From Pseudomonadota bacterium (GTDB taxonomy: Bacteria > Myxococcota_A > UBA9160 > UBA4427): 64,000 nucleotides of DNA. The stretch spans positions 587 through 64,586 of the forward strand of contig JAKSBN010000346.1 in assembly GCA_022361175.1 (NCBI GenBank), in the 5' to 3' direction. The notes below the pieces were generated by a model. That model saw nothing but the letters and a program-made list of their open reading frames with translations, ran no database searches and was not told the origin of the DNA. Below, piece by piece: positions 33,170-41,042 of this stretch. Both the position numbers and the translations under genes were made by a program. The number at the start of each line of letters is the position of its first letter. Within the stretch, counting starts at the first letter, position 1.

Positions 33170-35406
33170 CCCACTCCGACGTGCGGTTGGATCTGGTTCT
33201 GGTGGGCGGCGGACACGCCCACGTCCAGGTCCTCCGCCGCTTCATGATGAGACCCGAGCCGGGCGTCCGGCTCACGCTGGTGGTCGATCGCACGGCGGCC
33301 GTCTACTCGGGCATGGTTCCCGGCTTCGTGGCCGGGGACTACCGGGCGGACGAAGTCGAGATCGACGTGCTGCCGCTGGCCCGCCGCGCGGGCGCGCGCG
33401 TGATCGCCGCTGCGGCGACCCGCATCGACCCCGCCGAGCGGCGGATCCAGCTCGTGGGCCGACCGGCGATCGCGTACGACGTGGCGAGTGTCGACGTCGG
33501 ATCGAGCGTGCAGGGGCTCGAGCTGCCGGGCGTGCGCGAGCACGCGCTGTGCACGCGTCCGATCGGGGAGTTCGTGGACGCGGCCGAGGCGCGGTTCGAG
33601 GCGGCCGGCAAGGGACCCGCCCGCGTCGTCGTGGTGGGGGGCGGCGCGGCCGGCGTCGAACTGGCGTGCACGCTGCAGGCGAGGCTGCGGCGGGTCGCCG
33701 GAGCGGCGCCGCAGGTCACGCTCGTGAGCGCAGACCGGGGACTGCTCCCGGGAGCCCGGCCGCGCGTCGTTCGGGCGCTCGAGCGAGAGCTGGAGACGCG
33801 GGACATCGCGGTGCGCGTCGACAGTCGAGTGGTGGCCGTGGCGCCGGACGGCGTCGAGTTGGCGACGGGAGAAGAGCTGGCATCGGATTGCGTCGTGTGG
33901 GCGACGGGGGCGGCCCCACCCGCGCTGCTGGGGGCATCGACCTTGCCGCTGGACGCGGCGGGCTACGTGCGGGTGGACGCGCAGCTGCGGGTCGAGGGGC
34001 TCTCGAACCTCTTCGCCGTCGGCGACTGCGCGCACTTCGCCCCGGCGGCCGGCCTGCCCAAGGCCGGGGTCTACGCCGTGCGCCAGGGCCCGGTACTGGA
34101 CCACAACTTGCGCGCACAGCTGCGGGGCCGCCGGCTGCGGTCGTATCGGCCGCAGCGCGACTTCCTGTCCCTCTTGAACCTCGGGGACCGGCGGGCGTTG
34201 GGGGCGAAGTGGGGCTGGACGCTGCGGGGGCGGGTGGCGTGGCGGCTCAAGGACTTCATCGATCGGCGCTTCATGCGTCGCTTTCGGGTGCTGGATGCGG
34301 AGGGACGTCCGGCTCCCGAGTTTCCGTCGGCCGAGGCCATGGGCATGGAGGAGATGGAGTGCGGCGGCTGTGCGGCCAAGGTCGCGGCGTCGCCGCTGTC
34401 GCGGGCGCTGTCCCGGCTGCCGGCGGCCGAGCCCGACGAGTCCGTACTGCTCGGGCTCGACGCCCCGGACGACGCCGCGGCGTGGCAGGGCGAGGCCGGC
34501 GACGTGGTGCTCGCCACCGTGGACGCGTTTCGCGCCTTCGCCGACGACCCCTGGTTGGTGGGTCGCGCGGCTGCAGTGAACGCGCTCAGCGACGTGGTGG
34601 CCACCGGGGGGGTGGCGCGCTTCGCCTTGGCGCTGGTGACCGTGCCCGAAGCGGGCGCGTTTCAGACCGAGGAGATGCTGGCCCAGACCCTGGCCGGGAT
34701 TCGAGCGGGACTCGATCCGGCCGGCGTGTCTCTGGTGGGCGGGCATTCGACGGTGGGGCCCGAGCTCTTCGTGGGGCTGGCGGTCTGGGGACGGGCCGAG
34801 ACTCGCGAGGCCCTCTGGGCGCTGGGCGGTCTGCGGGCGGGAGATGCCCTGCTGCTGTCGAAGCCGTTGGGCACGGGCGTGCTGTTGGCGGCCGACATGC
34901 AGGGGCGTCTGCCGGGGCGCCACTGGGGACCGCTGGTGGCGTCGCTGGTGCGGGACAACCGGGCCGCGGGAGACGTTGCGCGTCGCTTCGACGCGGGTGC
35001 CTGCACCGACGTCTCGGGGTTCGGTCTCGCGGGACACCTGGGTGAGATGCTCCGCGCCAGCGGCCTGGCGGCGGATCTGGAACTGGAGGCGCTGCCGGTT
35101 CTGCCCGGCGCCCAGCAGCTGTTGGAGACAGGCGTCCGCAGCACCTTCCACGCCGCCAACGCGGCCTCCCGGCGCGAGCTGGGTCTCGGCGACGACGTCG
35201 CTTCCAGCCCGAGGCTCGAGCTGCTGTTCGATCCCCAGACCAGTGGCGGGCTGCTGTTCGGGGTGGCGGGCGATCGCGCGGAAGCGGCGCTCGCGGCGCT
35301 TCGGGCCGGTGGCGACGAGCGAGCCGCTTGCGTGGGGCGGGTCCGCGCCTCGGGGCCGCCGAGGCTCTGGGTGACTCGGGAGGGAGCCGCGGACGTCGCT
35401 TGCTAG
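33166..35406 (+). CDS. selD: fusion protein: FAD-dependent pyridine nucleotide-disulfide oxidoreductase (NDH-2-like) domain plus selenide,water dikinase (selenophosphate synthetase), Cys type
   Basis: N-terminal domain: LVLVGGGHAHV, VVVVGGGAAGVELA, FAVGDCA. C-terminal domain: ECGGCAAKV, DDAAAW, NALSDVVATGG, GGHST, SKPLGTG, TDVSGFGLAGHL, FDPQTSGGLL. GTG 33166 overlaps the HIT stop (GTGA). The first 267 codons of the track ORF are rejected. Confidence 0.9.
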   Translation: MTHSDVRLDLVLVGGGHAHVQVLRRFMMRPEPGVRLTLVVDRTAAVYSGMVPGFVAGDYRADEVEIDVLPLARRAGARVIAAAATRIDPAERRIQLVGRPAIAYDVASVDVGSSVQGLELPGVREHALCTRPIGEFVDAAEARFEAAGKGPARVVVVGGGAAGVELACTLQARLRRVAGAAPQVTLVSADRGLLPGARPRVVRALERELETRDIAVRVDSRVVAVAPDGVELATGEELASDCVVWATGAAPPALLGASTLPLDAAGYVRVDAQLRVEGLSNLFAVGDCAHFAPAAGLPKAGVYAVRQGPVLDHNLRAQLRGRRLRSYRPQRDFLSLLNLGDRRALGAKWGWTLRGRVAWRLKDFIDRRFMRRFRVLDAEGRPAPEFPSAEAMGMEEMECGGCAAKVAASPLSRALSRLPAAEPDESVLLGLDAPDDAAAWQGEAGDVVLATVDAFRAFADDPWLVGRAAAVNALSDVVATGGVARFALALVTVPEAGAFQTEEMLAQTLAGIRAGLDPAGVSLVGGHSTVGPELFVGLAVWGRAETREALWALGGLRAGDALLLSKPLGTGVLLAADMQGRLPGRHWGPLVASLVRDNRAAGDVARRFDAGACTDVSGFGLAGHLGEMLRASGLAADLELEALPVLPGAQQLLETGVRSTFHAANAASRRELGLGDDVASSPRLELLFDPQTSGGLLFGVAGDRAEAALAALRAGGDERAACVGRVRASGPPRLWVTREGAADVAC

Positions 35407-35429
35407 TGTCCGGGTCTGGAGGACGGTCG

Positions 35430-36479
35430 ATGGACGAGCAGGGATTGCTCGCGGCGCGGATCCTGGACTCCGGGACGCGGGCACTGGCCGCCGGGGCCGT
35501 CCTGCGCCAGCGGGAACGCGGCGCCGCGCTCCCGGACGAAGCGTTCGACGATTGGTGCGGTGAGGTCGAGCAGCACCTGCGCCAGCTGGCGGAAGCGCTG
35601 GCGGCGGCGCGGGTCGAGCTGCTGGTCGACCACGTGGAGTGGACGAAGGTCGCGTACGCCTCGCGCGGCCTCGGCTGGGAGGTGTTGGCCGGCGCGCTGG
35701 ACGCGTTGGCCGACGAGCTGGATGAGGAGCTGCCGGCGCCGCTGGCCGCCCGCAGCCGAGAGTTCGTGGAAGCCGCCCGCACGGCGGGGGAGCGCGCGCC
35801 AGTGACGGCCGGTTCGCTCTTGGCCGGCCCGGCTCCCCAAGTCGACCGCTCTCGCAAGTTCTTGCTCGCGCTGCTGGAGGCGCAGACCGAGACGGCCATC
35901 GGGATCGTGGAGACTGCCCTCGACGAAGGGCTGTCCGCCGCCGACGTGCAGCAGTACGTGATCGCGGCTGCGCAGACCGAAATGGGCCGGCTCTGGCAGG
36001 CCAACGAGGTCAGCGTCGCGGAGGAGCACGTGGGTTCGCGCATCGTCGAGGACGTGCTGGCGGCCATGCGCCGGCGCCTGCCGGCGCCGCCCGAGGCCGG
36101 CCAGCGGGTGATCGTCGCGTCGGTGGAGGGCGATCTGCACGACATCGCGGGCCGCATGGTGGCCGACGCGTTTCGTTGGTCGGGCTGGAACGCCATCTTC
36201 CTGGGCGCGAGCGTGCCCGCGCGGGACTTGGCGCTCGCCATGGAGGACTTCAAGGCCGACGTGCTGGCGCTCTCGGTCAGCTTGGGCCTCTACGTGAGGA
36301 CGACCCACGAGCTGTTGAACGAACTGCGGGAGCGGCTGGGTCGACGCATCTGCGTCGTCGTGGGAGGCCGCCCGTTCATCCGGGTGCCCGACCTGTGGCA
36401 GGTCGTCGGAGCCGATGCGTCGGCCGCCACGCCGGACGCCGCGGTGCGGGCCGCGCGCGAAGCCCTGACCGCCGCCTGA
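35430..36479 (+). CDS. cobalamin (B12)-binding domain protein without a recognisable output domain
   Basis: A C-terminal Rossmann-like B12-binding region (VIVASVEGDLHDIAGRMV..., ADVLALSVSL, VVVGG) follows a helical-bundle cap (YVIAAAQTEMGRLWQANEVSVAEEHV). ATG 35430 follows GGAGGA. Confidence 0.8.
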   Translation: MDEQGLLAARILDSGTRALAAGAVLRQRERGAALPDEAFDDWCGEVEQHLRQLAEALAAARVELLVDHVEWTKVAYASRGLGWEVLAGALDALADELDEELPAPLAARSREFVEAARTAGERAPVTAGSLLAGPAPQVDRSRKFLLALLEAQTETAIGIVETALDEGLSAADVQQYVIAAAQTEMGRLWQANEVSVAEEHVGSRIVEDVLAAMRRRLPAPPEAGQRVIVASVEGDLHDIAGRMVADAFRWSGWNAIFLGASVPARDLALAMEDFKADVLALSVSLGLYVRTTHELLNELRERLGRRICVVVGGRPFIRVPDLWQVVGADASAATPDAAVRAAREALTAA

Positions 36480-36486
36480 GCTCGGC

Positions 36487-37602
36487 TCAGGCCGGCTGGA
36501 GTTCGGCGCGCAGCGCCGTCAGCAGGCGCTCGACGTGGGCCGTGCGCGCGTTCTCGCCCATGAGACCGATGCGCCAGATCTTGCCTGCGAGCTTGCCCAG
36601 GCCCCCGCCGACTTCGATCCCGTGCGCATCCAGCAGGCGTCGCCGCAAGTTCGCCTCCGGCGCGCCCTGGAGCGAGTTGGGGAGCTTCACGGACGTCAGC
36701 ATGGGCAGGCGGATCGAGGCCTCGACCAGCGGCGCGAACCCCAGCGGCGCGAGGCCGTCGACCAGGGCGGCGGCGGCCTCGCGGTGACGCGCCGCGCGGG
36801 CGTCCATACCTTCTTCCTCCACCATCCGCAGTCCCTCGGCCAGTCCGAAGATGGCGGAGATGGGGGCGGTGTGGTGGTAGACCCGGTCGCCGCCGTAGTA
36901 GCCGCCCAAGAGGGACAGGTCCAAGAACCAACTCTGCACCGGAGTGGCGCGGACGCCGACCCGTTCGACCGCCCGCGGCGAGAAGCTGACCGGGGCCAGG
37001 CCCGGGGCGACCGAGAGACACTTTTGCGTGGCGCTGTAGGCCGCGTCGATGCCCCAGTCGTCGAGGCGCACGGGCAGGCCGCCCAGCGACGTCACGCAGT
37101 CCAGTACCGTCAGCGCGCCGTGGGCCCGGGCGGCCTGCGCGATCTCGGCCACGGGCTGCTGCACGCCGGTGGAGGTCTCGGCGTGCACGAAACTCACCAC
37201 CTTGGGCCGCACCCGCTCGATGGCCTGGGCCATGGCGTCCGGTTCCAGCGCCGTGCCGGGGGGCGTCTCGACCCGGGTGACCCGAGCTCCGGCGCGGCTG
37301 GCCACCTCGCACATGCGCTCGCCAAAGACGCCGGCGACGCCGATCACCGCGTCGTCGCCCGCCTCCAGCAGGTTCACCAGACAGGCCTCCATGCCGGCGC
37401 TGCCCGTCGCGGAGAGCGGCAACGTCAGGGGATTCCCGGTGCCGAAGAGCCGGCGCAGCCGCTCGGCCACCTCGTCGAGGACGGCCAGGAAGGCCGGGTC
37501 CAGGTGCCCCAGCAGGGGCGCGGCGGCGGCCTGGCGAACCCGTTCCGGGACGTTGGAGGGGCCCGGTCCCAACAGGAGGCGTTCGCGGGCGGGGCTTTGC
37601 AT
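36487..37602 (-). CDS. class V aminotransferase (serine-pyruvate/alanine-glyoxylate aminotransferase-like)
   Basis: LLLGPGPSNVP N-terminus, HAETSTGV, and SATQKCL (PLP lysine). 371 aa. Confidence 0.9.
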   Translation of the reverse strand: MQSPARERLLLGPGPSNVPERVRQAAAAPLLGHLDPAFLAVLDEVAERLRRLFGTGNPLTLPLSATGSAGMEACLVNLLEAGDDAVIGVAGVFGERMCEVASRAGARVTRVETPPGTALEPDAMAQAIERVRPKVVSFVHAETSTGVQQPVAEIAQAARAHGALTVLDCVTSLGGLPVRLDDWGIDAAYSATQKCLSVAPGLAPVSFSPRAVERVGVRATPVQSWFLDLSLLGGYYGGDRVYHHTAPISAIFGLAEGLRMVEEEGMDARAARHREAAAALVDGLAPLGFAPLVEASIRLPMLTSVKLPNSLQGAPEANLRRRLLDAHGIEVGGGLGKLAGKIWRIGLMGENARTAHVERLLTALRAELQPA

Positions 37603-37727
37603 GGGGCCGCAGCATAACCGGGGCCAGGTCTCGTGGACACCGCCAGACCCGCTACTCTAGTCTCGGCAAGGCCTGCTCCCGCGGGGATTTCGCGGAAACG
37701 TCGGCAGGCCGTCATCCTTCGGGATCC

Positions 37728-37765
37728 CGTTCGCGCCAGACAGCCGTTCGCACCGCGTTCGCACC
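37728..37765 (+). repeat. three direct copies of CGTTCGC(G/A)CC upstream of the small-ORF/dGTPase operon
   Basis: Copies at 37728-37737, 37745-37754 and 37756-37765. The last two are tandem with an 11-bp period. They lie 26-63 nt upstream of ATG 37791. Confidence 0.5.
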
Positions 37766-37790
37766 GGAGAGGCGAGGAGATCGAGCGCAG

Positions 37791-37976
37791 ATGAGGCGCT
37801 GGCCGTTGGTCTGTGTGGGCTTGGCCCTGGCGGGAGCCGCCGCCTATCTCTTGCTCGGCCGCGGCCCGGTGGAATCGGAGCCGGAGCTGCCCGAGCTGTC
37901 GGCGCCGCCGCTCGACGAGATCGACGACGCATCCCGCCAGGAGCTGCAGCGCATCCTGCGCGAGGAGGGCCGATGA
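37791..37976 (+). CDS. possible small membrane-anchored protein (61 aa)
   Basis: MRRWPLVCVGLALAGAAAYLLLG helix plus an acidic tail. Its stop overlaps the dGTPase ATG (ATGA). GAGGAG lies upstream. Confidence 0.45.
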   Translation: MRRWPLVCVGLALAGAAAYLLLGRGPVESEPELPELSAPPLDEIDDASRQELQRILREEGR

Positions 37977-39130
37977 GCGGCCTGCGAACCCGCGACGTCT
38001 TCGAGAAAGAAGAGGCCGAGCGCCTCGCGGCCTGGGCCGTGAAGAGCGCCGAATCTCGGGGCCGGGTGGTGTCGGAGCCCGAGCACGCGTACCGAACCGC
38101 CTTTCAGCGGGATCGCGACCGCATCGTGCACTCGCGGGCCTTCCGGCGCCTCGAGTACAAGACCCAGGTCTTCGTCCACCACGAGGGAGACCACTACCGC
38201 AACCGCCTGACCCACACGCTGGAAGGTGCCCAGATTGCGCGCACCATCGCCCGCGCCCTGCGCCTGAACGAGGAGCTGGCGGAGTCCGTGGCCCTGGCCC
38301 ACGACCTGGGGCACACGCCCTTCGGCCACGCGGGCGAGCGGGCACTCGACGCCTGCATGCGCGAGGACGGCGGCTTCGACCACAACCGCCAGAGCCTGCG
38401 CGTCGTCGACCTGCTCGAGGAGCGCTACGCGGACTTCCGCGGTCTGAATCTGACCTGGGAGACCCGGGAAGGCGTCTGCAAGCACGGTTGTACCTGGCCG
38501 CATCCGGTTCCCGTCCCGGAGTTGGAGGCACAACCGAGCTTGGAGGCGCAGGCCGCGGATGCGGCCGACGAGATCGCGTACATCAATCACGATCTGGACG
38601 ACGGTCTGCGTTCGGGGCTGCTCTCGCTGGCCCAGCTCGAGGCCGAGCCGCTGTTCGAGGAGATCCGGCGAGAGGTGGCCGAGCGGCTGGGCCGGGCGGA
38701 AGAGCGGGTGCTCCAGGCCCAGGTCATCGTCGCGCTCATCAACGCCCTGGTGACGGATCTGGTCGAGCACACGGCCCGCCGTCTGGGCACGACCGAACTC
38801 GGCTCCGTCGAGGACGTGCGGCGGTGTCGCCAGCGCATGCTCGCCTTCTCACCCCAGATGGAGCCCGCGAAGCTGGCGCTCAAGCGCTTTCTGCGCGAGA
38901 ACCTGTATCTGCATCCCACGGTCCTGCGCACGACGCAGAAGGCCGAGCGGATCGTGAAGGAGCTGGTGGAGACCTACCGACAAGAGCCCGCACTGCTTCC
39001 GAGCCGGGTGCGCGACCGCTTCGATGCCGAGGGCCCGGCACGCGCGATCGCCGACTACGTGGCGGGCATGACCGACCGCTTCGCCGTGGCCGAACACCGC
39101 AAACTGCTGGACCCCCATGACCTCCTCTGA
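37973..39130 (+). CDS. dGTP triphosphohydrolase-like HD-domain protein (dGTPase family)
   Basis: FQRDRDRIVHSRAFRRLEYKTQVF, NRLTHTLE, LAHDLGHTPFGH, and DDLDDG-like INHDLDDGL. Confidence 0.9.
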   Translation: MSGLRTRDVFEKEEAERLAAWAVKSAESRGRVVSEPEHAYRTAFQRDRDRIVHSRAFRRLEYKTQVFVHHEGDHYRNRLTHTLEGAQIARTIARALRLNEELAESVALAHDLGHTPFGHAGERALDACMREDGGFDHNRQSLRVVDLLEERYADFRGLNLTWETREGVCKHGCTWPHPVPVPELEAQPSLEAQAADAADEIAYINHDLDDGLRSGLLSLAQLEAEPLFEEIRREVAERLGRAEERVLQAQVIVALINALVTDLVEHTARRLGTTELGSVEDVRRCRQRMLAFSPQMEPAKLALKRFLRENLYLHPTVLRTTQKAERIVKELVETYRQEPALLPSRVRDRFDAEGPARAIADYVAGMTDRFAVAEHRKLLDPHDLL

Positions 39131-39449
39131 GCCGGACGTCTGCGTGGTGCTGATGACGGCACCGGATCGGGAGACCGCGGCCCGGCTGGCCCGTTCGCTG
39201 GTGGAGGAGCGCTTGGCGGCCTGCGTGAACGTGGTGCCGGAATTGCGCTCGATCTACCGCTGGGAGGGCGCCGTCCAGGAGGAGACGGAAGTGCTCCTGG
39301 TGGCCAAGACCCGTCGGGACTGCTGTGACGCGCTGACCGAACGCGTGCGGGTGCTCCATCCCTACGACGTGCCCGAGGTCCTGGCCCTGGGCGCCGTCGG
39401 CGGCAGCCGGGACTACCTGGAGTGGGTCGCGACGGAGACGGCACCGTGA
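39117..39449 (+). CDS. cutA: divalent-cation tolerance protein CutA
   Basis: 110 aa. LAACVNVVPELRSIYRWEG...E.LLVAKT...HPYDVPEV...YLEWV matches the CutA1 pattern. Confidence 0.9.
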   Translation: MTSSEPDVCVVLMTAPDRETAARLARSLVEERLAACVNVVPELRSIYRWEGAVQEETEVLLVAKTRRDCCDALTERVRVLHPYDVPEVLALGAVGGSRDYLEWVATETAP

Positions 39450-40606
39450 GCCTGGCAGAAGCCCTGGAGCGCGCGGCGCACGCCCTGCCGGCCGAAGCGG
39501 ACGTGATTCGACCGGCCAACGGCGATCCGATGCAGTTGCTGGACGGCCTCGACGCCGACGCCCGTCCGCGGGTGCTGGCCTGGCTGCTGGTGCACGAGAG
39601 CCAGGAGGGCGAAGAGCTGGCCGCGGCCTGGGCCGAGGCGGAGGAAGGGATCGAGGCCGTGGCTGCCGTGGACGAGGCGTCCCTGCCGAAAGCGGGGCGC
39701 AAGGGCCTGCGGCGGATCCGCCACCGCTTGCGTTCCAGTGGGGCCGCTGCGATCGAGTCCGCCGCCCCGACGCCGGTGGTGTCGCGGCTTCGGGACGTCG
39801 AGGAGGAGTTCGCTCGGGCCACCGTGTCCGCGCTCGATCCGACGGGCGCCCGGATGGTGGCCTTGGTCGAGTCGCATCCCGGCGGCGGAGCGCGCGTGTT
39901 CGAGGCGATCATCGACGACGAGCGCGGCATCCTGCGCTGCGACGTCTACACGGCGGGCCGGAGCAAGGTGCGCCAGTTCCTGAGGCGGCTGCTCTCGTCC
40001 TCGGGACTGCGGACCGTCGAGGTCGAACGCGACGAGGCGCGTGCGCTCCTGGCGCGGGCGGAGACGTTCCATCCCAAGTCGCGGTCGTTGCCGCGAGGCT
40101 TTTCCGAGTGGCGGACGGTCTTGGTGGGCGACGTGGACGCAGCAGCGGTGCCCGGGGTGCGAGTGCGCGAGGCCCTGGGAGAGGAGGAGGACGCCGCCGC
40201 CGCCCGCGAGCGGGTCGCCGCCCGGGTGCGAGAGAGTGAGCTCGGGCCGTGGCTGCCGAACCGCGAGCGGCTGCAGGAGCTGGGCGCGCGTCTCGAGGCA
40301 GAGCTCGGCGATGCGTCGGGCGATCCCGAAGCCGTGCTCGAGCCGCTGGTCGTCGAGCTCTTCGCCGGGGAGTTCGGGCAGCGCACGGCGTTTCGCCTGC
40401 GAGAGGCGGCCTTCGTCGAGTGGCAGGGCGATCGCCCCGACGCGGCGCGGGACCTGCTGGCCGCCGCCCGCGGCTTCGAGGCCGACCCGGTCGACCCGGT
40501 GGTGGGGCGCGCTCTGCTCGACCCCCTGGTCGCCCCGATTCTCTCGCGGCGCGCCGACGAGGGTGCCGCGGGCGGGGCCGAGGCGTCGCCCGCGGAGCCG
40601 GCGTGA
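39446..40606 (+). CDS. hypothetical protein (386 aa)
   Basis: Protein-like composition. GTG 39446 overlaps the cutA stop (GTGA). No domain recognised by eye. Confidence 0.7.
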   Translation: MSLAEALERAAHALPAEADVIRPANGDPMQLLDGLDADARPRVLAWLLVHESQEGEELAAAWAEAEEGIEAVAAVDEASLPKAGRKGLRRIRHRLRSSGAAAIESAAPTPVVSRLRDVEEEFARATVSALDPTGARMVALVESHPGGGARVFEAIIDDERGILRCDVYTAGRSKVRQFLRRLLSSSGLRTVEVERDEARALLARAETFHPKSRSLPRGFSEWRTVLVGDVDAAAVPGVRVREALGEEEDAAAARERVAARVRESELGPWLPNRERLQELGARLEAELGDASGDPEAVLEPLVVELFAGEFGQRTAFRLREAAFVEWQGDRPDAARDLLAAARGFEADPVDPVVGRALLDPLVAPILSRRADEGAAGGAEASPAEPA

Positions 40607-40616
40607 GGGGCGCGGG

Positions 40617-40967
40617 ATGGTGATGGCGCAGGGGAGGTTTTGGCGCGTCTCGCTCGCGAAGAGCGACGACGCGATCGTGGTGAGCGTGTTGCGCGACGAG
40701 TTGCCCGAGGATCTCCGCGAGATCCGCGAGCTGCGCGTCAGCGTGCCGCTCGATCGTTGGAACCGCGTGTTCAAACACGTGTTGTCGGACCGCAAGCTGC
40801 TGGGGGGCATCTTGCTGGATTTCGCAAACCACAAGGAGCAGGTCTCGCTGGCCGTGGGCCGCGATCGGCTGTTCGCCGAGCTGCAGCGGGTGGTGCTCGA
40901 CGCCACCGTGGCGCTGGTGGAGACCGGAGCTCTGGCTCTCACCGTTGTGGACGTGGGAGCGGATTGA
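40617..40967 (+). CDS. hypothetical protein (116 aa)
   Basis: ATG 40617 lies 10 nt after the upstream stop. Translation begins MVMAQGRFWRVSLAKSDDAIVVSVLRDELPEDLREIRELRVSVPLDRWNRVFKHVL... No family recognised. Confidence 0.6.
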   Translation: MVMAQGRFWRVSLAKSDDAIVVSVLRDELPEDLREIRELRVSVPLDRWNRVFKHVLSDRKLLGGILLDFANHKEQVSLAVGRDRLFAELQRVVLDATVALVETGALALTVVDVGAD

Positions 40968-41042
40968 ATCGACGCGCCGCACGGCGCCACGGGCTGCAGA
41001 GCGGACGGCGAAAACGTGCCGCTCTGAGCTGGAGAAGTATCC

